From the NCBI GenBank assembly GCA_037442925.1, contig JBBIPG010000049.1, positions 1-17,101 on the forward strand: a DNA stretch of 17,101 bases, given 5' to 3'. The stretch is from Candidatus Fraserbacteria bacterium. GTDB taxonomy: Bacteria; Bipolaricaulota; Bipolaricaulia; RBG-16-55-9. This document shows positions 1 through 7,826 of the stretch, piece by piece. The stretch's first letter is position 1. Every line of letters begins with the position of its first letter. Under the pieces are notes generated by a model that had not been told where the DNA came from, ran no database searches, and saw nothing but the letters and a program-made list of their open reading frames with translations. The position numbers were made by a program, and so were the translations under genes.

Positions 1-85
1 GCCCGCCCTTGGGCTTGGGCGGTTCCGGGGGTAAGAGGGGTTCGATCACATGCCACAGTTCGTCGCTGAGTAAAGGTTTCGCCAT
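1..85 (-). CDS. IS5-family transposase, N-terminal fragment (truncated by window)
   Basis: ATG at 85-83 translates MAKPLLSDELWHVIEPLLPPEPPKPKGG, the typical LSD-x-x-W-x-x-IEPLLP...GGRP N-terminus of IS5 (DUF4096-type) transposases; too short for the ORF track. Confidence 0.88.
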   Translation of the reverse strand, partial: MAKPLLSDELWHVIEPLLPPEPPKPKGG

Positions 86-126
86 GCCTCATGATACCCC
101 GTCTACCCCAGTTTTGTTAGGCGCTC
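1..126 (-). mobile_element. Left end of an IS5-family insertion sequence (element continues beyond window start)
   Basis: Minus strand reads GAGCGCCTAACAAAAC (126-111), resembling IS5-family terminal inverted repeats, flanked by TA/TAA at 127-129; a transposase start lies about 40 nt inside. Confidence 0.8.
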
Positions 127-220
127 TAAGGACCACAGCAAGAACTAGAAGCCCGATGAACGTATAACGTATGCGCTTCTCAACGGACATATGAAACTCC
201 TCCTTTTGTGGTTGTTATCT

Positions 221-2635
221 TCAAACTTTCTGATAAATAGCCTCTTGAAAGGTCCCATCCCCATTACCCAAGAACACAGCTAGAGCATTATCTGCAAAGA
301 AAGTGGCTGTCACTAAGTCCGGATTCTTGTCCCCGTTAAGATCCGCGAGCGCTATAGCCCATGGCGCACCCCTTACCTCAAGCTTCTGCTGCTCTACGAA
401 GGTACCGTCTCCCAACCCCAGCAGCGCGGATACCGTTGACCCGAGGTCAGCCACCACAAGATCTTGCTTCCCATCGCGATTGAGGTCACTCGCAGATATA
501 GCGGACGGAAAAAGATCAACCATAAAGCGCAGGGGCTTTTGGAAAGTCCCATCTCCTTCACCTAAGAAGACAGAAATGCCGTGCATGAACTCGGTCACTG
601 CCAGATCTTGGAGGCCGTCAGCATTGAAGTCTGCTATGGCGAAGGAACGTGGTAGACTCATGAACCCTATCTCGGAGGACACTTCCAGGGCACCATTTTC
701 TTTCATAAGCAACACTACTAACGCGAAAGACGTGGTATTCAAAGCAATCAAATCGGGCTTCTCATCGCCATTGAAATCCTTGGCCCGCAAGACCTCAGGG
801 TCAAAGCCCATAGCCCAGCTCGACCCATCACTGAAAGTGCCATCGCCCTTGCCGTACAGCAACGCGACATTGTCGGCATGAGCAACAGCTAGATCTAGTC
901 TGCAATCATTATTGAAGTCATGAACAACAACATCCTGAGGTGGGCTCCTGACCTTGATTTTGCCTGTAAGCTGGAACCTCTCTTGTCCCTCTCCTAGGAA
1001 CACATCGACGTCATTAGAGCCCGAATTGGCCACTACAAGATCCTGTCGGCCATCCCGGTTGAGATCACCCATGGCCACCGTCATGGGTGCCTTACCCACT
1101 TCGAGGCTTACAGGTTCTTGAAAGCTTCCATCTCCCTTTGCAAAGAGGATGGATAGATTGCTTGCGTTCTGGTTGGCTACGACGGCATCTGGAATCGCAT
1201 CTTGGTTGACATCGCCAATAGCAAGGGAGTAAGGACCTCTGACAGTCGTGGGTGCAACCTCTATGCCATTGACTGCCAAGGGGTCTACGAAGGGATCTGC
1301 AGTCTCGGCAAAGATCCCGGTACAGAACGGTTCCTTCCTTTTCGGATCACGATCTTTGTTTTTCACACCGAAGAGGAAGGTCACCGTAGAATTCTCCTGG
1401 GGCCTACTTGACTGTCTGTTCGCTACAGCCAAGTCCCAACACCCATCTCTGTTGAAATCGGCCTTGGCAAGGGAGCTGGGGTTTGGCCCCACAGGATATT
1501 TCTCATTGGGTTCGCCACCCGGCCCAATTAGCTCGAATCTTAGACTGAAATTCCCTTCCTTCTGAGTACCAGTACTCTTATTCAAAAACACAGAGACGTT
1601 ATCTGTACCGGAGTTTGTAACAGCTATATCCTGATCGCCATCTCGATCAAAGTCCCCTAGTATGGCGGCAGTAGGCTCGTTACCATGAGTCTTTAACTTT
1701 ACTTGCGGTTGGAAGGTACAATCCCCATGTCCCAGTAGGATCGAGATATCATGCGATCCCTTATTGACGACGACGAGGTCTGGGATACCATCGCCGTTGA
1801 AATCAGGGACAACGGGGTAGAGCAATTCCGGGAAGATGAACTCCAGCCAGCCCCAGCCGAAGCTCTGAATGACATAGCTGGGTTCTAGCCCAACTTTCAC
1901 TGTTGCACAGAACTCAAACTTGGGGTCTTCTCTGCCTGTGCCTCGAAGGATGTGGATGTTGTCATCGAGTCCATTGCTCACAACCAAGTCTTGGATGGCA
2001 TCCCCATCGAGATCCAGAACAGCCACGGAGTTGGGCCTGTTGCCGACAAGGAATCTCTGATAAGGGGGTGGGAAGCGACCTGTATTGTCCCCTTGCAGGA
2101 CGAAGATGTCATCGGAGATCTGATCCACCACCACGACATCTTGATGCCCATCTCTAGTGAAATCTCCAACGGCCGCAAAGACCGGCTCCCCCTCTAGCTC
2201 AGGTATCTTAATAGGACTGTTGGGTCCCGGCTGAAATCGTAAAGTGCGTTTGCAGTCGATTCCTAGCAAGATCGAGATATCGCGGGAGGTCTCATTCGCT
2301 ACGACCAAGTCTTGGCAGCCGTTGCTGTCGAAATCTCCAACAGCAAGAGATATCGGCCCTTCTCCTACAGATATGAAGCTTATCCCGAAAGACACTGGGC
2401 CAACTGCACAAGCGGCTCCACCGCTCCATAGGATGGTAATGTTGTTTGAGCTGTGGTTGGCTACGGCCAAATCGGGAATGCCGTCTTTGTTGAACTCGCC
2501 TGCAACGACGGAACTGGGGAGAATACCTACCGGACAAGCGGGAAACGTGGGAAACTGAAGCGAAGTTGTTGCTCCTCCGCTGGACGTAAACAACACGAAG
2601 GCTAACACCATCGTGACTGAAATTCTCTTGTCCAT
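221..2635 (-). CDS. Secreted FG-GAP/VCBS repeat protein (probable double 7-bladed beta-propeller)
   Basis: Signal peptide MDKRISVTMVLAFVLFTSSGG; 14 D-F/L-N-x-D-G-x-x-D-L-x-V repeats with GDGTF turns; RBS AAGGAGAGG upstream of ATG. Confidence 0.92.
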   Translation of the reverse strand: MDKRISVTMVLAFVLFTSSGGATTSLQFPTFPACPVGILPSSVVAGEFNKDGIPDLAVANHSSNNITILWSGGAACAVGPVSFGISFISVGEGPISLAVGDFDSNGCQDLVVANETSRDISILLGIDCKRTLRFQPGPNSPIKIPELEGEPVFAAVGDFTRDGHQDVVVVDQISDDIFVLQGDNTGRFPPPYQRFLVGNRPNSVAVLDLDGDAIQDLVVSNGLDDNIHILRGTGREDPKFEFCATVKVGLEPSYVIQSFGWGWLEFIFPELLYPVVPDFNGDGIPDLVVVNKGSHDISILLGHGDCTFQPQVKLKTHGNEPTAAILGDFDRDGDQDIAVTNSGTDNVSVFLNKSTGTQKEGNFSLRFELIGPGGEPNEKYPVGPNPSSLAKADFNRDGCWDLAVANRQSSRPQENSTVTFLFGVKNKDRDPKRKEPFCTGIFAETADPFVDPLAVNGIEVAPTTVRGPYSLAIGDVNQDAIPDAVVANQNASNLSILFAKGDGSFQEPVSLEVGKAPMTVAMGDLNRDGRQDLVVANSGSNDVDVFLGEGQERFQLTGKIKVRSPPQDVVVHDFNNDCRLDLAVAHADNVALLYGKGDGTFSDGSSWAMGFDPEVLRAKDFNGDEKPDLIALNTTSFALVVLLMKENGALEVSSEIGFMSLPRSFAIADFNADGLQDLAVTEFMHGISVFLGEGDGTFQKPLRFMVDLFPSAISASDLNRDGKQDLVVADLGSTVSALLGLGDGTFVEQQKLEVRGAPWAIALADLNGDKNPDLVTATFFADNALAVFLGNGDGTFQEAIYQKV

Positions 2636-2884
2636 GACCCCTCCTTATCCTTATTTGTTGCGTTACTTGCTATTTTGGTTTGCCCTCTCCTTGCTTTGGA
2701 CGCCACTAAGCGAATGCAGGGAATCCCTTAGTCGGCGCCATCTGCCTTGAAACTATACACCCTCGATGTACTAAAAAGGTGAAAAGGAGCTATCGAATTT
2801 GTTAAAAAATTGTGAAATGCAAAAGGGAAATGGGCTTGCTATGCGGGTTAACAAATCATCTGTAGTTTCTTAGACGACTCAGCT

Positions 2885-3232
2885 TTAGAGTAGGTCTAGA
2901 GCCAACCTCAGTCGCGCCTCCACTCCCCTCAAATCCCCATCCGTCAGCTTTCCCAAACGATAGCGCACTAACGCAGGCTCTAAAGTCGCCAGCGATGCCT
3001 TCACCACGGAAGGCGCAGAGAGCCCAGCCTGCCGCCAGTCCTGTAGATAGTAATCCATCTGCCCTCGGTGAACTGAGACTTGGCTGGTGATGGCCATCAC
3101 GATGATGTCGTGTTCACTGCGATTGTAGAGCGCGCTACTCACGACCAGAGCCGGCCGCACTTTGCTGGTCGTTACGTCAGCGAAAGGAAAGGGGACGAGC
3201 ACCACCTCACCGCGACTTGGCTTTCTTGGCAT
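2885..3232 (-). CDS. Type II TA toxin, PemK/MazF family endoribonuclease
   Basis: RGEVVLVPFPFAD...KVRPALVVS...MAITSQ...GLSAPSVVK; likely start is ATG 3232 (MPRKPSRG), overlapping the antitoxin 3' end by 26 nt. Confidence 0.93.
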   Translation of the reverse strand: MPRKPSRGEVVLVPFPFADVTTSKVRPALVVSSALYNRSEHDIIVMAITSQVSVHRGQMDYYLQDWRQAGLSAPSVVKASLATLEPALVRYRLGKLTDGDLRGVEARLRLALDLL

Positions 3233-3482
3233 GGCGTTTCTCCCAGTCATCCCACAGCTGCGCATCCACAGGATTGTCCCAGACGCGATTCAATGCGGAA
3301 GCTGATAGTTCCGTAAACGCCCTTCGGTCAGCTACGGCCCAGCTGAAGGTGGCCTGTTGGAGATAGCGTCGAACGGCTTCTCGGAAGAGTTCACTGCGGG
3401 AGCGCTTCTCCAAGCGCGCCAGCTGGTCCGCCTCTTCGAGCAACTCCTCTGGCAATGAGATGTTGATCACCTTCGATGCCAT
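3207..3482 (-). CDS. Ribbon-helix-helix (CopG-like) antitoxin
   Basis: MASKVINISLPEELLEEADQLARLEKRSRSELFREAVRRYL is a classic RHH; C-terminal SALNRVWDNPVDAQLWDDW resembles tails of PemK-partner antitoxins; RBS GGGGGTG before ATG 3482. Confidence 0.9.
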   Translation of the reverse strand: MASKVINISLPEELLEEADQLARLEKRSRSELFREAVRRYLQQATFSWAVADRRAFTELSASALNRVWDNPVDAQLWDDWEKRHAKKAKSR

Positions 3483-3519
3483 GCAGACACCCCCTAGTTT
3501 ATCTAAAGATTCAACAAAG

Positions 3520-3548
3520 ATTGTAGTTAGAGAGCGGATGACTGTCAA
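3520..3548 (-). promoter_or_regulatory. Sigma70-type promoter of TA operon 1
   Basis: Minus strand TTGACA-N17-TACAAT, with the -10 about 37 nt upstream of the antitoxin ATG; AAAGATT direct repeats at 3505 and 3516 overlap the -10/TSS. Confidence 0.75.
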
Positions 3549-3595
3549 TGATAAAGGGGCCATGGACCAGCACGATATTATTTCTCACACTGGGC

Positions 3596-3625
3596 ACACT
3601 ATAAGAGATGGTGTATAATACCTCT
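3596..3625 (+). promoter_or_regulatory. Probable -10 box and operator region of TA operon 2
   Basis: TATAAT at 3614-3619 flanked by AAGAG...CTCTT dyad and CACACT repeats (3586, 3595); no clear -35. Confidence 0.45.
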
Positions 3626-3642
3626 TGAAAGGGGAGAGAGCC

Positions 3643-3885
3643 ATGCCTGCCCGGCAAATTTCGGCCACGGTCGATGGCAAGCTGTACAAGGAATTCGAAG
3701 AGCTGCGATTGCAGACAGGTCACAAGAAGAGAAGTGAGGCTGTGGAGGAGGCCATTAGGTTGTGGATCAAGGCCCAAAGCGATGCCCTCATCGCTGAGGG
3801 GTGTAGAGCTTCACGAGAAGACGATCTCGCTATGGCAAGAGCTAGTAAGCAGAAGACCCTAAGAGCCCTCTCTAAAGACCTCTAA
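3643..3885 (+). CDS. Ribbon-helix-helix antitoxin
   Basis: MPARQISATVDGKLYKEFEEL...KRSEAVEEAIRLWI RHH plus ndoAI/MazE-like tail LIAEGCRASREDDLAMA; RBS GGGGAG before ATG 3643; 3 nt before the toxin. Confidence 0.85.
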   Translation: MPARQISATVDGKLYKEFEELRLQTGHKKRSEAVEEAIRLWIKAQSDALIAEGCRASREDDLAMARASKQKTLRALSKDL

Positions 3886-3888
3886 ACG

Positions 3889-4230
3889 ATGCCCGGAGAC
3901 TCGCCCCTACGTGGAGACATCTACCACATCGACTTGCCAGCCCCTGTGGGGCCACACTACGCAGTTGTGATTACAGCAGATGCCATCAACCAAAACTCCG
4001 ATACCGTTCTCGTGGCTACAATCACAACAAAGCGTCTGGACAGAATCTACCCTCATGAATTCAAAGTCCCGCGCGGGCTGCTCCCACAGCCTTCTAAGGT
4101 TAAATGCCAGAGCATAATAATGGTTGAGAAAAAGGAATTGACTGCCAAGAACTACGTCGGCACAATCGACAAGCAGGATATGCAGGGCTTGGATCTTGCG
4201 TTGCTGAAAGCACTCGATCTCTGGATTTGA
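3889..4230 (+). CDS. Type II TA toxin, PemK/MazF family
   Basis: LRGDIYHIDL...AVVITADAIN...VLVATITT...GLLPQPSKVKCQSI...LDLALLKALDL follows the MazF fold pattern. Confidence 0.9.
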   Translation: MPGDSPLRGDIYHIDLPAPVGPHYAVVITADAINQNSDTVLVATITTKRLDRIYPHEFKVPRGLLPQPSKVKCQSIIMVEKKELTAKNYVGTIDKQDMQGLDLALLKALDLWI

Positions 4231-4240
4231 CAGTTGCCAA

Positions 4241-4269
4241 TTGCCATGCGCTCCCCTTCGCAGTATCAT
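4241..4269 (+). promoter_or_regulatory. Sigma70-type promoter for the sigma-like gene
   Basis: TTGCCA-N17-TATCAT, 38 nt upstream of ATG 4308. Confidence 0.55.
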
Positions 4270-4307
4270 AATGAGAAAATCTCGATGGGCATCAAGGCAG
4301 GGCGCTC

Positions 4308-5471
4308 ATGAACAACGAGGAGGCACTACAGCAACGCGAGCTGATCCGCCATCTGTCTCTGGAGTTGCTCCGCGCATGGGGCTTCCACAGCGAGCAGCTC
4401 GAACAGCTCTTCAACGGCCAAGATGCCCAAGGCCGATCCCGCCAGCTGACGGATCTCGAAGACGCCGTGCTCGAAGCGTATTCAGAACTCTGGCAGAAGC
4501 TCCAGAACGAGCAGATTCGCGTGATCTGCCCAAAGACCGTCCGCTATGTTCTGATCGATGCCCTGCGTTGCCGTGGGTTGGATAGAAAACCCTTCACTAC
4601 TCAAGAGCTGCTCAACGGGATTGCTAAGAGCCAGAAACCCGAGACGCGAAACCGCTACCTCAGCTGGGCCAAGTATGAACTGCAGGACGAACTCAAGACT
4701 CGCTTCGCCACGCTCTTCAACACATCTAATCACACTTCTCTCGAAAGTCTCATGGATTATTTTCTGGCCGAGTTCGTGCCACGCCAATACGCTGAACTGA
4801 AAAGTTCTTGCTCGAAATGCTCACCCCTTGATCGACTGTGCACAGCTTTTCTCAAGTCTGAAGGCGACCTTCGCCGAGCATCCCGCTATCGAGCACGGAT
4901 CGTTCCCATCTGCCCGCGACTCGTCTTCTACGAGGAGGCTCGCCACGAGCTAGAAAGCCGCGCATGGGCGTCATTCGAAGAGCAACCTGAATACAAGGCA
5001 CTCATCACTCTCGAGCGTCTGCGATACCAAGATCAACTGATTCGTTGCCAGCGCCCGGACGATGAACTAAGCCGCTATTTCGTGGATCTGCGCGACCCGA
5101 CGGAGCAGCGACGCTTAGAAATTTGCACGATCTTCGCCCATCTGAAGCGTGAGTCGCGTCGCTCGCCGGCAAACTTGAAAGCGTACATGATCTACGCCTT
5201 CAGTCATTTCCCAGCGGTCGGGCGAAGCCAACCACCCCCGTGTATGCCCTTGGAGTGTGTGACACTCGATATGATCCAGGGATGCGAGTTCACGTGGGAT
5301 GAAGTCTGCCGTCGTTTCCCCGGCGGCCCACAACCCGGCGACTACACGACCAAGCGCCGCATCGAGCGCGATATCCTTGCCCTTGCCCGAGAGTTAGGGT
5401 TCATACATGATGAAGAGAACCCAGAGAGAGGAGCTGGCAATGCCCGCGAATCAGAAGCCAAACGGACATGA
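4308..5471 (+). CDS. Hypothetical protein, probable highly divergent ECF sigma-factor-like protein with a large central insertion
   Basis: aa 49-65 DLEDAVLEAYSELWQKL and aa 79-87 RYVLIDALR resemble ECF region 2; aa ~327-362 EFTWDEVCRRF...TTKRRIERDILAL resembles region 4 HTH; immediately followed by a zf-HC2 gene. Confidence 0.6.
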   Translation: MNNEEALQQRELIRHLSLELLRAWGFHSEQLEQLFNGQDAQGRSRQLTDLEDAVLEAYSELWQKLQNEQIRVICPKTVRYVLIDALRCRGLDRKPFTTQELLNGIAKSQKPETRNRYLSWAKYELQDELKTRFATLFNTSNHTSLESLMDYFLAEFVPRQYAELKSSCSKCSPLDRLCTAFLKSEGDLRRASRYRARIVPICPRLVFYEEARHELESRAWASFEEQPEYKALITLERLRYQDQLIRCQRPDDELSRYFVDLRDPTEQRRLEICTIFAHLKRESRRSPANLKAYMIYAFSHFPAVGRSQPPPCMPLECVTLDMIQGCEFTWDEVCRRFPGGPQPGDYTTKRRIERDILALARELGFIHDEENPERGAGNARESEAKRT

Positions 5472-6062
5472 GTGTGAGTCTTTCTTGAAGCCAGCGTTCA
5501 GAGGGGAATCGCCCCCGCGCCGCGCTATGCGGGGCATCTCACCACAGAGCTGATCGGGGCATACGCAGCTGGCGAGCTGGACGAAGCGGACAAGCTGAGC
5601 GTCGCTGCTCATCTCAACAGTTGTGCCCAATGCCTCAATGAAGTGAATGAGTTACGCACCGCCTGGGAGCACCTGACGGACCGGCTGAGCGCCGCTCTGC
5701 CGGAGCCGGATGCTCTTTTTGAAGAATCGCAGAAACTCGAAATCGCTCGACAAGCCAAGGGATTTCTAGCTAGACATCAACCCGAGACACTTGAGCTTTT
5801 CGATGAGATCTGGGGATTACTGAGTGCGAAGCCACTTCGCAAGATCGCACGCGCTCGGCCTCAAATGGTGCGTGGTGAACTGTCTGGTGGGCAAATCGGC
5901 GTGACCGTCTTGGCCTCGTTGGCTGCGATCTTAGAGAGCGAGCAGGTACGACGCTTGAGTGAAATTCCAAGCTCACGCCTAAGAGAACTCATCGCTCAAA
6001 CTACAAGGGAGTGCGGCCTTTCTCCTGAGTGGGCTGAGAAGCTAGAGGCGTATCTCGTCTGA
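5440..6062 (+). CDS. zf-HC2 (zinc anti-sigma domain) protein, frameshifted near 5500-5535
   Basis: The frame of ORF 5643..6062 extends upstream as GHLTTELIGAYAAGELDEADKLSVAAHLNSCAQCLNEV (HxxxCxxC) without an ATG/GTG/TTG start; an AGGAG-led ATG at 5440 is in another frame and stops at about 5551-5553. Confidence 0.75.
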
Positions 6063-6065
6063 TCA

Positions 6066-7721
6066 CTACGATAAGTACAAGAGCGGCGCCGCCCACGCTG
6101 GATCTTCCCAGTCAAACGCAGTGCCTACGGCCAATCTGGCTCTTCGCAAGGCCTCCGCTGCGTCACCCAGCTTGGCAAGGGCTTGATAGAACGTAAGCGC
6201 CAATTCTCGCGCCCCGCGATCACTCACAGGCCAGCGCATCCCGATGACACAGGGAACGCCACTCTGCACGAACGCATCCGCCAATCCAGCCAACGCGACG
6301 TGAGAATGCCCTGTGGCCGAACCGCTCTCGCAGGAATTGAGAAAGATGAATTTGAGTCCGCATTCTTGAATTAGGCGTCGCAGCTCCTCAGCACGCAGTT
6401 TACGTCCTTGATTCAACACGAGATGGCTGGCACTGGCCAACTCCGGATCGTGATGCGAATGGCCGGAATAGTGAATGGCATCAAATGCACCCATCTGAAG
6501 TGTCTGGATGATCTTCTCTTTCGTAGCTTCTTGTCCCAAAAGAACTTCAACATCGATGGCGAGATCTTTTGTTAGCACATCATGAATCGCTTGAGTCTCC
6601 ACCAGAGCTTCGTCCAGATCGCTCTCCGGAACGATGATTAAGACGCGCTGCACAGGTCCAAAAGACTGTGAGAACTCGGTGGCTTGAATCGGTGTGCGTG
6701 CCAGGGGCAAGAGCAAGGCCAGAAAATCTTCGCCGTTGTGAAGCAACTCCCAAGGGAGCGCGCTGGTTTCGCCTTCGACCTCAATGCGAAACGGTCCTTG
6801 GGGATGAGCATCGAGCAGGGAGGTGAGGTAGCCATGCGTGTCTTTAGGAATATAGAGACCATATAACTCGCGCCCCAGCTGGACCAGGCGTTCGTGTAGA
6901 TCACGCCCCACGGCGTGGCGCTCCGGGGTTCCTCGCCGCGTACTGAAAGCGCTTCCTGCACATGCAAGTTTCTCGAAAGATGAAATCAACCGGCCTCGTT
7001 CTTCTGGGCTTATGCGGACGGTCTCCTGTCCCCGCCGCGGGCGTGGAGCGTTCGTGTGAAAGCGAATCAAGGTTTGGTCTCCCGCTTTGAGGATGCTGAG
7101 CAACGCCGTGGCTCGAGGTCGTTCTACAGCCGCAGTGTGAGATGTCTGGGTGCGAATTTCGAGGTGTTTTCTCAACCGTTCGCGCTGCTCGGACGTGGAC
7201 AGCAAACCAAGCAGTTCATCAGGAGGATCATGAGAAAGTCGTTCGGCCGCGCGCCCCAAATTGCCACACAAAGCATAGAGCGTCTCTTGCCATAGGCTCT
7301 GACTAAACCCAAGCCAGAAGTTCATCCACACTCTAGAAAGCGGCCGAAGACGTGCCTGGACTATCAATTCCTGTCCATCCGTATGGGAATTCACATCGAG
7401 TTGCCAGGCGATGCCAATGGGTGGGAACCGAGCTGAGAACCTTATCACCAAGCTCCAGCCGCCGCGCTCCGGTTCTTCTAGAGATGCTGAGAGCGTCTTC
7501 CATTCAACCCTGAGTCCCAAAAGCCTTCCCCAGTACACCCCTTCACCAGTCTGAGACAGCTCAAGCGAGGGATCAATCAGAGATAGTGCAATATCCGGAT
7601 GGAGCACTGCAAACTGAAAATCATCTTGACGTGCTTGGAAGTGCCAACTACGGACCTCTTGCGTTCCAGCGACCGAGCGCTGCGGATGACGCACTCGCGG
7701 CTTTTTGGATGCAGCCTCCAT
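6066..7721 (-). CDS. CHAT-domain (caspase-like) cysteine protease with N-terminal SRPBCC/START-like domain
   Basis: ALPWELL, AIHYSGHS (catalytic His), FIFLNSCESG (catalytic Cys), GLADAF, GMRWPVSD, FYQAL, WAAPLLY; RBS GGGGAG; N-terminal ~165 aa show a helix-grip-like pattern. Confidence 0.92.
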   Translation of the reverse strand: MEAASKKPRVRHPQRSVAGTQEVRSWHFQARQDDFQFAVLHPDIALSLIDPSLELSQTGEGVYWGRLLGLRVEWKTLSASLEEPERGGWSLVIRFSARFPPIGIAWQLDVNSHTDGQELIVQARLRPLSRVWMNFWLGFSQSLWQETLYALCGNLGRAAERLSHDPPDELLGLLSTSEQRERLRKHLEIRTQTSHTAAVERPRATALLSILKAGDQTLIRFHTNAPRPRRGQETVRISPEERGRLISSFEKLACAGSAFSTRRGTPERHAVGRDLHERLVQLGRELYGLYIPKDTHGYLTSLLDAHPQGPFRIEVEGETSALPWELLHNGEDFLALLLPLARTPIQATEFSQSFGPVQRVLIIVPESDLDEALVETQAIHDVLTKDLAIDVEVLLGQEATKEKIIQTLQMGAFDAIHYSGHSHHDPELASASHLVLNQGRKLRAEELRRLIQECGLKFIFLNSCESGSATGHSHVALAGLADAFVQSGVPCVIGMRWPVSDRGARELALTFYQALAKLGDAAEALRRARLAVGTAFDWEDPAWAAPLLYLS

Positions 7722-7746
7722 TTTAGGGACTCCCCAATCCCGTCTG

Positions 7747-7814
7747 ATAATAAGACAATCTTGCTCGATGTGTCAAATCCCCAATTGACAGCCTCCGAGG
7801 TAAACAACTACTAT
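7747..7814. promoter_or_regulatory. Back-to-back divergent promoters for the CHAT and TolB-like genes
   Basis: TGTCAA-N8-TTGACA (7771-7790); minus strand TTGACA-N18-TATTAT, plus strand TTGACA-N18-TACTAT. Confidence 0.5.
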
Positions 7815-7826
7815 GGAGAAAATCAT

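Noticed and set aside
116..122. GTTAGGC as an integron core site
   Set aside because: It lies inside the IS5-type terminal repeat and has no inverse-core partner
303..2558. Several plus-strand ORFs within the FG-GAP gene
   Set aside because: Antisense shadows of a repetitive coding sequence
4241..4585. 114-aa Arg/Pro-rich ORF
   Set aside because: Alternative-frame overlap of the 387-aa gene with low-complexity composition
5469..5477. Stop-codon readthrough fusing the sigma-like ORF to the in-frame zf-HC2 ORF
   Set aside because: Needs two TGA readthroughs (5469 and 5475); TGA acts as a normal stop elsewhere in the window and the RBS-ATG at 5440 gives a simpler explanation
7599..7826. Extended N-terminus of the TolB-like ORF
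   Set aside because: Overlaps the CHAT gene start and promoter region; RBS supports ATG 7827
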